Source of the DNA: Clostridia bacterium | GTDB lineage: Bacteria > Bacillota > Clostridia > UBA1381 > UMGS1253 | DNA: 64,000 nucleotides | Reading direction: 5' to 3' | Assembly: GCA_045537695.1 (NCBI GenBank) | Contig: JAZSQB010000038.1 | Coordinates: forward strand, 30,206 to 94,205 | Part shown: in pieces, positions 47,653-57,275 of the stretch | How positions within the stretch are numbered: position 1 is the first letter of the stretch | Layout: each line of letters begins with the position of its first letter | Position numbers and translations under genes: made by a program | Notes under the pieces: model-generated | The model's database searches: none | What the model was told of the DNA's origin: nothing | Seen by the model: only the letters and a program-made list of their open reading frames with translations

Positions 47653-48306
47653 ATGGTAAAGATTGCACCTTCGATTTTAGCAGCAGATTTTTCACATTTG
47701 GGAGACGATGTGCTCGCAGCGGTACGCGGCGGCGCACAGTATATGCATATTGATGTTATGGACGGCGCATTTGTGCCGAATATGAGCATTGGTCCGTGTG
47801 TGATTGAAAGTTTGCGTCCGGTAACGGATGCTGTGTTTGATGTACACCTGATGATTGACCGACCGGAGCGTTATGTGGAGGCGTTTGCCAAGGCGGGCTC
47901 GGATATCATTACCGTACATATAGAGGCAACTGAGGATTTGGATGCTTGCATTGATAAAATCAAGGCACTCGGCGTGAAGGCGGGCGTGTCCATTAAACCG
48001 GCAACACCGGTCGATGCCGTTGTGCCGTATTTAGATAAGCTGGATATGGTACTGGTGATGAGTGTGGAGCCGGGCTTCGGCGGACAGAAATATATGCCTT
48101 CTGCAGAAGAAAAACTTCAGAAGCTTGCGGCGCTTGCTCCGGCAGGTATGGATATTTCGGTGGATGGCGGCATCAATTTGGATAATATTTCCCGCGTTGT
48201 GGCAAGCGGCGCCAACACAGTGGTTGCCGGCAGTGCCATTTTCGGTCAGTCGGATATTGAAGCTACGGCGAGAAAGTTCGTGGAGAAAGCAAATGAAAAA
48301 ATGTAA
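47653..48306 (+). CDS. rpe: ribulose-phosphate 3-epimerase
   Basis: Blocks PSILAADF, HIDVMDG.FVPN, MSV.PGFGGQ and VDGGI. Confidence 0.95.
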   Translation: MVKIAPSILAADFSHLGDDVLAAVRGGAQYMHIDVMDGAFVPNMSIGPCVIESLRPVTDAVFDVHLMIDRPERYVEAFAKAGSDIITVHIEATEDLDACIDKIKALGVKAGVSIKPATPVDAVVPYLDKLDMVLVMSVEPGFGGQKYMPSAEEKLQKLAALAPAGMDISVDGGINLDNISRVVASGANTVVAGSAIFGQSDIEATARKFVEKANEKM

Positions 48307-48904
48307 TATACTTTGCGGCGGCGTGATTGAAAATCTGCCGCGCACGGCGGCACGGTTGGATAAGTCGGCGTATACCATATGCGCGGATAGCGGCTATGCC
48401 TATGCGGAAGCGCTCGGTTTGCGCGCAGACGCGGTGCTCGGTGATTTTGATTCCTATGACCGTAGTGCGGTAAAGGAAAAAAACGTAGAAGTATTTCCAG
48501 TGCGCAAGGATTATACAGACAGTGAGATTGCTGTTATGCATGCACTGGAGCGTGGATATACGGATATTACATTGGTTGGCGCTTTGGGCGGACGCATCGA
48601 CCATGCGCTCTGTAATGTGCATCTGCTTAAGTTTATTTATGCACACGGTGCACAGGGCAGTATTATTGATGGGGACACACAGATGTGGTATACGAAAACG
48701 GGCAGAAGCGTGCATGGTAAGCGTGGGGATATTTTGTCTGTGATTCCGCTTTGCGATACGGGGCGGTATACCACAGTTGGATTAGAGTATCCTTTAACGA
48801 AAGCGCCACTGCCTTTGACCGGTGTCAGCAACGTATTTACCGGCGAATTGGCAGAAATTCGTGCGAAAGAAGCTGAATTTTTATTAATTCATATAATGCA
48901 ATAG
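48293..48904 (+). CDS. thiN: thiamine pyrophosphokinase
   Basis: The pattern GDFDS ... KD.TD.E ... GGR.DH is present. Start at ATG 48293, overlapping the rpe stop. Same position as B. subtilis yloS. Confidence 0.85.
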   Translation: MKKCNILCGGVIENLPRTAARLDKSAYTICADSGYAYAEALGLRADAVLGDFDSYDRSAVKEKNVEVFPVRKDYTDSEIAVMHALERGYTDITLVGALGGRIDHALCNVHLLKFIYAHGAQGSIIDGDTQMWYTKTGRSVHGKRGDILSVIPLCDTGRYTTVGLEYPLTKAPLPLTGVSNVFTGELAEIRAKEAEFLLIHIMQ

Positions 48905-48915
48905 TAGGCTAGCAG

Positions 48916-48951
48916 AAATGCACCCACAATATTTTGTGGGTGCATTTTTTT
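48916..48951 (+). terminator. strong intrinsic terminator after thiN
   Basis: AAATGCACCCACAA (48916-48929) pairs perfectly with TTGTGGGTGCATTT (48934-47), a 4-nt loop, then a T7 run. Confidence 0.85.
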
Positions 48952-49051
48952 GCGTTTTATTCAATATGCACAAAAATAAAGGCTACATTTGGTCAAAGTG
49001 ACGAAATTTTAATGAAAATACGCTAAGGAGTAAAATTTTTTTAAAAAACTC

Positions 49052-49080
49052 TTGAAAAAACTGTAATAATCGTGTAAAAT
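49052..49080 (+). promoter_or_regulatory. candidate sigma-A promoter of the dcw cluster (Pmra)
   Basis: TTGAAA (49052-49057), 17-nt spacer, TAAAAT (49075-49080). Confidence 0.5.
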
Positions 49081-49096
49081 TTGATTACAAGGGTAA

Positions 49097-49123
49097 AAAG
49101 TGTTAAAAAGTGTTTAATAGTGG
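49097..49123 (+). promoter_or_regulatory. MraZ operator: three direct repeats at 10-bp spacing
   Basis: AAAGTGT (49097-49103), AAAGTGT (49107-49113) and ATAGTGG (49117-49123), each separated by 3 nt. They lie between the candidate promoter and mraZ. Confidence 0.65.
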
Positions 49124-49173
49124 TAAGAAAATAATGCTTTTGTGGTAAAAATACCCGAGTTTGGAACGGAAAA

Positions 49174-49626
49174 GTGGTGAGAGCTTTGTTCATAGGTGAA
49201 TACAGTCACAATGTAGACGCGAAGGGCAGAATGAGTATGCCTTCGAAATTCCGCCGCGATGAGGCGGGCGAAATCTTTTATGTGACGCGCGGCACAGAGA
49301 AGTGTCTGTTTGTATATTCGCGCGAAGAATGGGCAAAGTTCGAGGAAAAGCTTTCCGCACTTCCGATTACAACCAATCCGCAGGCAAGCGCATTTGCCAG
49401 ATTCTTTCTTTCCGGCGCTGTAGAGTGCGAGGTGGACAAGCTCGGCAGAATCAACATTCCGGCTTACCTTCGTGAATACGCAGGCATTACAAAGGATGTG
49501 AAGGTCATCGGTGTGCGTAGCCGTGTGGAAATCTGGGATGCTACGCAGTGGAGCCAGTATCAGGCAGAAGCCATTAACTTAGAAAACGTGATGGCAAATA
49601 TGAGCTCCATTGGCATGGATTTTTAA
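49174..49626 (+). CDS. mraZ: transcriptional regulator MraZ
   Basis: Two SpoVT/AbrB-like halves with DAKGRM and DKLGRI motifs. The start is either GTG 49174 or TTG 49186; the latter gives the typical MFIGEY N-terminus. Confidence 0.92.
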   Translation: MVRALFIGEYSHNVDAKGRMSMPSKFRRDEAGEIFYVTRGTEKCLFVYSREEWAKFEEKLSALPITTNPQASAFARFFLSGAVECEVDKLGRINIPAYLREYAGITKDVKVIGVRSRVEIWDATQWSQYQAEAINLENVMANMSSIGMDF

Positions 49627-49642
49627 GCCGGGCGGTGGTTTT

Positions 49643-50575
49643 GTGAATTTTCATCATGTACCAGTTATGTTTACCGCCTGCATGGATGGGCTAAAGATTA
49701 AGCCGGATGGCATTTATGTGGATGGCACGCTGGGCGGCGCCGGACACAGCAGCGGTATCGCAGCACAGCTTTCGGGCGGCAAACTCATCGGTATTGATCA
49801 GGATGAGAATGCGATTGCGGCGGCAAGCGTGCGCTTGCTTCCGTATAAAGACCGTGTGACAATTGTGAAAAACAACTTTTCGAATATAAAAGAGGTATTA
49901 GCAGACCTCGGCATTGCAAAAATAGACGGTGCACTTCTGGACTTGGGCGTTTCCTCCCATCAGCTCGATGAACCGGAGCGTGGCTTTTCCTACATGCACG
50001 ATGCACCGCTGGATATGCGTATGGACAGACAAGCGTCCAAAAGCGCATACGACGTCGTAAACGGATACAGCGAGGAAGCTCTCGCTGATATTATCCGTAC
50101 TTACGGCGAAGAAAACTGGGCAAAACGCATTGCTGCGTTTATTGCAAAGCGACGGGCTATGAAGCCGGTCAGTACAACCGGTGAGCTTGTCAGCATCATA
50201 AAGGATGCCATTCCTGCAGGGGCTAGGCAGGAGGGCGGACATCCGGCGAAACGCACGTTTCAGGCGATTCGCATCGAGGTAAACGGTGAGCTTGCAATTT
50301 TGAAAGACGCCGTGGGCGATTTTGCAGAGGTCATTCGCCCGGGAGGCAGGCTGTGTATTATTACCTTTCATTCGCTGGAAGACCGCATTGTAAAAGAAGC
50401 ATTTGCTGCTCTGGCACAGGGGTGTACGTGCCCGAGAGAGTTTCCGGTTTGCGTTTGCGGTAAGCAGCCGAAGGTGAAGGTTATTACGCGAAAGCCGATT
50501 GTGGCAACTGCGCAAGAGCTAAACGAAAATTCGCGTTCCAAAAGCGCGAAGCTGCGTATCGCAGAAATTTTGTAG
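49643..50575 (+). CDS. rsmH: 16S rRNA (cytosine1402-N4)-methyltransferase
   Basis: [24 protein letters not shown] and ITFHSLEDR blocks. GTG start at 49643. Confidence 0.94.
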   Translation: MNFHHVPVMFTACMDGLKIKPDGIYVDGTLGGAGHSSGIAAQLSGGKLIGIDQDENAIAAASVRLLPYKDRVTIVKNNFSNIKEVLADLGIAKIDGALLDLGVSSHQLDEPERGFSYMHDAPLDMRMDRQASKSAYDVVNGYSEEALADIIRTYGEENWAKRIAAFIAKRRAMKPVSTTGELVSIIKDAIPAGARQEGGHPAKRTFQAIRIEVNGELAILKDAVGDFAEVIRPGGRLCIITFHSLEDRIVKEAFAALAQGCTCPREFPVCVCGKQPKVKVITRKPIVATAQELNENSRSKSAKLRIAEIL

Positions 50576-50601
50576 AGAGGAAAAATTGAGGGGGTAAAAA
50601 C

Positions 50602-51084
50602 GTGAGAACAAATGGTAACTTGGCGCTGAATCCTGCATACAGACCGGCATACCAGCCGTCCCAGACCAACTTGCGTAAAAAGGCAGATGTGTCTGCACCG
50701 AGATACGCAAAAGCAAAGAAAAAATCCAACTTGCTTGTCGCGCTTATTTACATTGCCGTTATCTTCTCTATTGCGCTTTGTTTGGTAACGCGCGAGGTCC
50801 GCTTGTATGAAAAGAGCAACCGCGTGCATGCCTTGCAGAATCAGCTCGAGGATGCTGAGGCTGCAACCAAGCAGGCGATGGTTGCTTCCGAGCAGGCAAT
50901 TGACTTAGAAACCATTGAAACAAACGCTATGACGAAATACGGTATGAGCAAGCCGCAGAAGAGTCAGATGATTTATATAAATGTCTGCCAGGAGGACTAC
51001 GTGGAAAAAACCGCAGACAAGCGTGTCGGCGACAATATTTACGATGGCATCAGTGCCGTTTTTGGCATATTTGGTATTCGATAA
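50602..51084 (+). CDS. ftsL: cell division protein FtsL-like (septum formation initiator)
   Basis: 160 aa. Basic cytoplasmic N-terminus, a single TM helix (LVALIYIAVIFSIALCLV), then a coiled-coil stretch. Canonical position between rsmH and the PBP gene. The call rests on position and architecture rather than a motif. Confidence 0.7.
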   Translation: MRTNGNLALNPAYRPAYQPSQTNLRKKADVSAPRYAKAKKKSNLLVALIYIAVIFSIALCLVTREVRLYEKSNRVHALQNQLEDAEAATKQAMVASEQAIDLETIETNAMTKYGMSKPQKSQMIYINVCQEDYVEKTADKRVGDNIYDGISAVFGIFGIR

Positions 51085-51137
51085 GCTTATAATGGTAAGG
51101 GCATATCAATCTTGATATAGCCATATTATCTAAGACA

Positions 51138-51179
51138 AAGGGTTAAGATTTGAAGCGTCAAAACTTAACCTTTCTTTTT
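51138..51179 (+). terminator. terminator-like hairpin between ftsL and the PBP gene
   Basis: GGTTAAG-A-TTTGA agcg TCAAA-A-CTTAACC (51141-51170) has 12 Watson-Crick pairs, one A/A mismatch and a 4-nt loop. TTTCTTTTT follows. Confidence 0.55.
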
Positions 51180-51211
51180 CATTATCGGGCGTGTGGGAGG
51201 CGCTTAGCGCG

Positions 51212-53410
51212 ATGGCAAAACGCAAAAAAATTGGGGTAAAAAACAGAATACTGATTTGCACGCTCATAGCTACGTTGCTTATGGGCGCGCTTGGCGTTCG
51301 TATTGGGTGGTTGCAGATTGTCGATGGCGAGTGGCTTTCCAAGGAAGCGACGCTCCAGCAGACGCGTGATAAGACGATTAACTCCAAACGCGGTACGATT
51401 TATGACCGAAACGGCAAGGAGCTGGCGGTCAGTGCATCGGTGGAGTTGGTGAGTGTTTCACCGGCGGAAATTAAAAAGGAAAATGGCGCGGAAATTGTTG
51501 CGCAAAAGCTTTCGGAAATTCTGGAATTGGAATATGAGGATGTTTATGCCAAGGTGACGAAAAACTCCTCGTATGAAACGATTAAGCGCAAGGTGGAAAA
51601 GAAGCAGACCGACCAGATTCGCGCGCTGAAGAGTGCCGATGAAACGGCGGATTATTTTTCCGGCGTTTACTTAGAAGAGGATACAAAGCGATACTATCCG
51701 TTTGGGCATTTCGCTTCGCACGTACTCGGCTTTACGGGAACGGACAATCAGGGACTCTACGGCGTAGAGGCAGCACTAGATGATGCACTTTCGGGCGTAG
51801 CGGGCAGAATTATTTCCGTTAAAAATGCTGCAGGCACGGATATGCCGTTTAAGTATGAACAGAAATACGATTCGCAGGACGGCATGAATGTGACGCTCAC
51901 GATTGATGAGACCATTCAGCATTTTGCGGAAAAATATCTTGCGCAGGCAGTGGAAGAAAACAAGCCGGCGCAAGGCGCGTTTGCCATTGTGATGGCGCCA
52001 AAAACCGGCGAAATTTATGCGATGACCACCAAGCCGGACTATGATTTGAACGAGCCGTTTCTAATTTTGTCAGAGGCAGACAGGGAAAAGCTGGATGTGG
52101 AGAAGGATGACAAAGTCAAAGCGGATTTGCGTTCGAGTATTTTGGCACAACAGTGGCGCAACAAAGCCGTGAGTGATACGTATGAGCCGGGGTCGGTATT
52201 TAAAATTCTGACGGCGGCAATGGCGCTTGAGGAAGGCGTTGCCACTGTGCACGATACCTTTAATTGTCCGGGTTATACTATGGTTGGCTCAACGCGCATT
52301 AACTGCTGGAAACGAGAAGGGCACGGACACGAAACCTTTAAAGAAGGCTTGCAAAATTCCTGCAACCCGGTGTTTATGGAACTTGGCAAGCGATTGGGAC
52401 GCGATGCGTTCTTCCGTTATTTTACAAACTTTGGGCTGACGCGCTCTACCGGCATTGAGCTGGGCAGTGAGGGCGAAAGTGTGTATTACACAGCGCCTTA
52501 CTTAAATGAGACGGAGCTTGCGACCAGTGCGTTCGGCCAGAGCTTCCAGATTACGCCGATGCAGCTCATTACGGCGGTTTCTGCTATTGTAAATGGCGGG
52601 AATTTAATGAAACCCTATGTGGTAAAATCTCTTTCGACAACCGAGGGCACTATAGTGAAAAACTACGAGCCGGAGATTGTGCGCCAAGTGGTTTCTGCGG
52701 AGACGAGCGCAATTATGCGTGACTTTACTGAGGGAGTTGTTGCTGTTGGTACAGGTAAAGGTGCGCAGATTAAGGGTTATGCCATCGGTGGTAAAACCGG
52801 TACTTCGGAAAAACGTCCGCGTAATCAGGGCAAGTACGTTGCATCCTTTATCGGTATGGCACCGGCAAACGACCCGGAGCTGATTTGTTTGGTAGCGATT
52901 GACGAGCCGACCGGCGATTTGTATCAGGGAAGCCAGATTGCGGCACCGGTGGTACGTAATATTTTAGAAGATACCCTTGCCTATATCGGCATTGAAAAGC
53001 ACTATGATGCTTCCGAGGATATCCGTGTACTGACGGTGCCGGAGGTGCGCAATATAAAGGTGATGGAAGCGGCAAAGGCAGTCAGTGATTTAGGCTTCGG
53101 CTATCAGATTATCGGCGAAGGTGATGTGGTGGATGAGCAGTTACCAAAGCCGGGCGCAGAGCTTTCAAAAGGCTCGACCGTGCTGTTGTATACAACAGGC
53201 AGTACTATTGAACAAGTAACTGTGCCTGACTTTACGGGGCAGAGCCTGGATAGTGTACGCACGCAATTGAAAGAGCTTGGACTGAATATGGAAATTTTGG
53301 GCGCGACGGATGCGGGCTGCATTGTGCAAAAACAGGAGCCTGCGGGCGGCACAAGCGTCAATCCTGCCACGACTATCCGTGTGGAATTTATCTATATGGC
53401 AGGCGACTAA
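51212..53410 (+). CDS. class B penicillin-binding protein (FtsI/PBP2B/SpoVD type) with two PASTA domains
   Basis: TM anchor, dimerisation domain, transpeptidase motifs SVFK (SxxK), SCN (SxN) and KTGT, and two C-terminal PASTA repeats. Start at ATG 51212 (MAKRKKIG). Confidence 0.93.
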   Translation: MAKRKKIGVKNRILICTLIATLLMGALGVRIGWLQIVDGEWLSKEATLQQTRDKTINSKRGTIYDRNGKELAVSASVELVSVSPAEIKKENGAEIVAQKLSEILELEYEDVYAKVTKNSSYETIKRKVEKKQTDQIRALKSADETADYFSGVYLEEDTKRYYPFGHFASHVLGFTGTDNQGLYGVEAALDDALSGVAGRIISVKNAAGTDMPFKYEQKYDSQDGMNVTLTIDETIQHFAEKYLAQAVEENKPAQGAFAIVMAPKTGEIYAMTTKPDYDLNEPFLILSEADREKLDVEKDDKVKADLRSSILAQQWRNKAVSDTYEPGSVFKILTAAMALEEGVATVHDTFNCPGYTMVGSTRINCWKREGHGHETFKEGLQNSCNPVFMELGKRLGRDAFFRYFTNFGLTRSTGIELGSEGESVYYTAPYLNETELATSAFGQSFQITPMQLITAVSAIVNGGNLMKPYVVKSLSTTEGTIVKNYEPEIVRQVVSAETSAIMRDFTEGVVAVGTGKGAQIKGYAIGGKTGTSEKRPRNQGKYVASFIGMAPANDPELICLVAIDEPTGDLYQGSQIAAPVVRNILEDTLAYIGIEKHYDASEDIRVLTVPEVRNIKVMEAAKAVSDLGFGYQIIGEGDVVDEQLPKPGAELSKGSTVLLYTTGSTIEQVTVPDFTGQSLDSVRTQLKELGLNMEILGATDAGCIVQKQEPAGGTSVNPATTIRVEFIYMAGD

Positions 53411-53443
53411 TATGAGAGCGAGACAGAAAGTGTGGTGTAAGAT

Positions 53444-54874
53444 ATGAAATTATCCGCTTTAATGAAACAAGCGCATATTATCAGCGGCAACGCAGATATA
53501 GAGATTTCTTCAATTGCTTATGACTCGCGCAAAGTGATGCCGGGCGATGTGTTTGTGTGCATTAAGGGTTATGCAACCGATGGGCACAGCTATGTGCAAA
53601 AGGCAATTGAAAACGGTGCGGTTGCAATTGTGGCGCAGGATGAGGTAGCATCCTCTGTGCCGGTAATTTATGTGGAGGATACACGTCTTGCACTGGCGCA
53701 GATGTCCAAGGTCTATTATGACAGACCGGATGAGAAAATGAAAATTATCGGCGTGACGGGGACCAACGGTAAAACTACCGTCACCTATCTGATTAAGCAT
53801 ATTTTAGAGCAAAACGGCGCGAAGGTGGGTCTCATCGGAACCAATCAAAATATGATTGGCACGCAGGTATTGGAAACTGAGCGCACTACACCGGAATCAA
53901 AGGAATTGTATGCCATGTTTGCTGATATGGCTGCAGCAGGCTGTACGCACGTGGTGATGGAGGTATCCAGCCACGCGCTCGAGCTTTCCCGTGTGGGCGG
54001 CATCCGTTTTGCGGTCGGCGTATTTACGAATTTAACGCAGGACCATCTCGATTTTCACGGCGATATGGAAAATTACTTCCTTGCCAAAGCGAAGCTGTTC
54101 GGCGTCAGCGAAAAAGCGGTGATCAACATAGACGATGCTTACGGCGCACGTCTTGAACCAATGGCACAGAATGTATTGACATATTCGATTGATGCAGTGT
54201 CGGATTTGCAGGCATCAGCAATTGAGATTTCGGCAAAGGGCGTGCTCTACGATGCGGCAACTGGCGCGGAGACGACGTCGGTGCACCTGCCGATTCCGGG
54301 CAGATTTTCCGTGTACAATTCTTTGGCAGCGATTGGTTGCGTACTGCAGCTCGGTATGGATATCAATACCGCCGTGCGCGCACTTTTAACCGCCAAGGGC
54401 GTCAAGGGCAGAGCAGAGGTTGTACCGACCGATACGCCGTATACGGTTTTGATTGACTATGCGCACACGCCGGACGGACTGGAAAACATTATTTCCACCG
54501 TCAATGAATTTAAAACCGCGCGCGTGATTACAGTATTCGGTTGCGGCGGCGACCGCGACCGCACCAAGCGCCCGCTGATGGGTGAAACAGCAGCAAGACT
54601 GTCCGATTTCGTGGTAGTGACGTCAGATAATCCGCGCACAGAGGACCCAGAAGCAATTATTGAGGATATTTTACCGGGCGTTCTGAAAACGGACTGTCCG
54701 TATGTACGCATTACCAACCGCAAAGAGGCGATTGCCTACGCGCTTTCGCACGCACAGCCGGACGATATCATTGTCCTGGCGGGCAAGGGACACGAGACGT
54801 ATCAGATTTTAAATACGGGCAAAATTCATTTTGATGAGCGTGCGGTTGTAGCAGAACTTTTGAATACAAAATAA
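53444..54874 (+). CDS. murE: UDP-N-acetylmuramoyl-L-alanyl-D-glutamate--2,6-diaminopimelate ligase
   Basis: Mur ligase P-loop GVTGTNGKTT. The DNPR motif (TSDNPRTEDP) is associated with meso-DAP specificity. Confidence 0.95.
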   Translation: MKLSALMKQAHIISGNADIEISSIAYDSRKVMPGDVFVCIKGYATDGHSYVQKAIENGAVAIVAQDEVASSVPVIYVEDTRLALAQMSKVYYDRPDEKMKIIGVTGTNGKTTVTYLIKHILEQNGAKVGLIGTNQNMIGTQVLETERTTPESKELYAMFADMAAAGCTHVVMEVSSHALELSRVGGIRFAVGVFTNLTQDHLDFHGDMENYFLAKAKLFGVSEKAVINIDDAYGARLEPMAQNVLTYSIDAVSDLQASAIEISAKGVLYDAATGAETTSVHLPIPGRFSVYNSLAAIGCVLQLGMDINTAVRALLTAKGVKGRAEVVPTDTPYTVLIDYAHTPDGLENIISTVNEFKTARVITVFGCGGDRDRTKRPLMGETAARLSDFVVVTSDNPRTEDPEAIIEDILPGVLKTDCPYVRITNRKEAIAYALSHAQPDDIIVLAGKGHETYQILNTGKIHFDERAVVAELLNTK

Positions 54875-54888
54875 AGAGGCGACGGCAG

Positions 54889-56256
54889 ATGAAGGCTTTC
54901 AATGTAGAACAGGTACTGGAGGCGACGGGCGGCACACTGGTGTGCGGCAATCCGGCGCAGAACTTTTCGTGTATTACAACAGATTCACGCAGCGTGGCTT
55001 ATGGGGCGCTGTTTATTCCGTTTGCCGGAGAGACCTTTGATGCGCACGATTTTGTAGACAGTGCGATCAAAAGCGGCGCAGGCGGCGTGCTGACACATAA
55101 GGATTTGGCGTTGGATACGGAAAGCGCGGTCATCCGTGTGCAGGATACCAAAAAGGCATACGGTGATTTGGCGCGCTATTATAAAAATGATATTGCACCG
55201 AAGACGGTGGCTGTGACCGGTTCGGTGGGCAAGACGACCACGAAGGATATGGTAGTTTGCGTGCTGACAGAGCATTTTCAGGTGACAGCGACGGAGAAGA
55301 ATTACAACAACGAAATCGGCGTACCGAAGACGCTTTTGCAGCTTAAAGAAACGGACACGGCGGCGGTCATTGAAATGGGAATGAACCATTTCGGCGAAAT
55401 TCGCTATCTGTCTTCCATTGTACGTCCGGATGCGGCGGTGATTACCAATATCGGTATGTCCCACATAGAAAATTTAGGCTCGCAAGAGGGTATTTTAAAA
55501 GCCAAATTAGAGGTATTGGAGTATTTAAGCGAGGACGGCGTACTGTTTTTAAACGGTGACGATGCACTGCTTGCAACCGTGCAGGCACCGCGCAAAATCG
55601 TGCGCTTCGGCATAGAAAATCCGGACTGTGACTATCGGGCAGAAAACATACAGTCGGGCAGCGAGGAAATCGCATTTGACGTTGTGCACAAGCGCAAAAA
55701 AGCGCACGTGCATCTGCGTGTGCCGGGTGAGCACAATATTTACAATGCTCTGGCGGCAATTGTTGTGGGCGAATATTTCGGTCTTACACTGGCGGCAGCG
55801 GCAAAAGGCGTAGAAAAATTTGTGCCGAGCGACAAGCGTATGCACCTGATTAAGACAGAGCGGTTTACGATTTTAAATGACTGCTACAACGCATCTCCGG
55901 CTTCGGTGGAAGCGGCGGTGCAGGTGCTGTGCGGTCTGGAAAGTGAAAGAAAGGTTGCCGTTTTGGGTGACATCAAGGAGCTCGGTGATTTTGCACCGGC
56001 GGCGCACGGCAAAATCGGCAAGATGGTCGGTCGTGCAGGCATAAATTGTTTGATTGCGATTGGCGATAATGCCAAGTTTATCTGCCGTGGTGCAGAAGAG
56101 TACGGCATTGCAAAGGAAAATATACATAGCTTTAAGACAAGACAGCAGGCGATAGAAGCGCTGCCGGATTTGGTGCAGACCGGTGATGCGATTTTAGTCA
56201 AGGCATCGCGCGCGATGCAGTTAGAGCACATTACGGAAGCACTTAAAGCGTTTTAA
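54889..56256 (+). CDS. murF: UDP-N-acetylmuramoyl-tripeptide--D-alanyl-D-alanine ligase
   Basis: Mur ligase P-loop GSVGKTTTK, with NNEIG and DCYNASP blocks. Confidence 0.93.
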   Translation: MKAFNVEQVLEATGGTLVCGNPAQNFSCITTDSRSVAYGALFIPFAGETFDAHDFVDSAIKSGAGGVLTHKDLALDTESAVIRVQDTKKAYGDLARYYKNDIAPKTVAVTGSVGKTTTKDMVVCVLTEHFQVTATEKNYNNEIGVPKTLLQLKETDTAAVIEMGMNHFGEIRYLSSIVRPDAAVITNIGMSHIENLGSQEGILKAKLEVLEYLSEDGVLFLNGDDALLATVQAPRKIVRFGIENPDCDYRAENIQSGSEEIAFDVVHKRKKAHVHLRVPGEHNIYNALAAIVVGEYFGLTLAAAAKGVEKFVPSDKRMHLIKTERFTILNDCYNASPASVEAAVQVLCGLESERKVAVLGDIKELGDFAPAAHGKIGKMVGRAGINCLIAIGDNAKFICRGAEEYGIAKENIHSFKTRQQAIEALPDLVQTGDAILVKASRAMQLEHITEALKAF

Positions 56257-56272
56257 GAAAGAAGGAAAACAT

Positions 56273-57241
56273 ATGAAACTTCAGGGCTTAATGATATTTT
56301 CACTCCTGGGATTGGGTATTGCTTTTCTGATTGCGGCATTACTTGGGCCGATATTGATTCCGTTTTTGCATAAGCTTAAGTTCGGGCAAGCAATTCGCGA
56401 GGAGGGACCGAGTTGGCACCAGAAAAAAAGTGGTACGCCAACAATGGGCGGTTTTATCTTTATGATTGCAGCCTGCGTTGCAACGCTGATTTGTACGCGC
56501 TCGCTGTTGATGCTTAGTGTGATGCTTTGCTGTCTCTGTTTTGGCGCAATTGGTTTTGTGGACGATTTTATTAAGGTGATACTAAGGCGCAATCTCGGAC
56601 TGCGTTCTCTGCCGAAGCTGCTTTTGCAGATTCTGGTCTCCGTGGTGTTTGTGGTTGTGCTCTATACATACGGTAAGGTGGACAGCAGTGTGCTTGTGCC
56701 GTTTACCGATTGGCAGCTGCCACTCGGTATTTTCTATATCCCGGTAGCGGTGTTTGCGATGGTTGGCTTTAACAACGCCGTGAATTTAACGGACGGTCTG
56801 GACGGTCTTGCGACATCGGTAACAGCGGTAGTTTGTCTGTTTATTGCCGTGGCAGCGTGGCTGAAGGGCTTTCCGGCACTGTGCATTTTTGCATTTGCGA
56901 TTTTTGGCGCACTTTTAGGCTTTTTACTGTTTAACCGCTATCCGGCAAAAGTGTTTATGGGCGATACCGGCTCGCTGTTTTTGGGCGGTTTTGTCAGCGC
57001 ATCGGCAATTGTACTTAAGATGCCGCTGATTATGATCATTGCAGGCTTTATTTATGTTGCAGAGGCTTTGTCGGTTGTGTTGCAGGTCATCAGCTTTAAA
57101 ACGACCGGCAAGCGTATTTTTAAAATGAGCCCAATTCATCATCACTACGAGATGTGCGGACTGAAGGAAACACAGATTGTATTTCGTTTTTCTGCAGTAA
57201 CGCTGCTTTGCTGCATTTTCGCACTGATTTCTGTTTTATAA
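56273..57241 (+). CDS. mraY: phospho-N-acetylmuramoyl-pentapeptide transferase
   Basis: 10-TM protein with KxGTPTMGG, NLTDGLDGLA, GDTGSL and PIHHH motifs. Confidence 0.96.
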   Translation: MKLQGLMIFSLLGLGIAFLIAALLGPILIPFLHKLKFGQAIREEGPSWHQKKSGTPTMGGFIFMIAACVATLICTRSLLMLSVMLCCLCFGAIGFVDDFIKVILRRNLGLRSLPKLLLQILVSVVFVVVLYTYGKVDSSVLVPFTDWQLPLGIFYIPVAVFAMVGFNNAVNLTDGLDGLATSVTAVVCLFIAVAAWLKGFPALCIFAFAIFGALLGFLLFNRYPAKVFMGDTGSLFLGGFVSASAIVLKMPLIMIIAGFIYVAEALSVVLQVISFKTTGKRIFKMSPIHHHYEMCGLKETQIVFRFSAVTLLCCIFALISVL

Positions 57242-57275
57242 AGCACACGCCATAAGATTAGAAGGAGGTCTTGCT

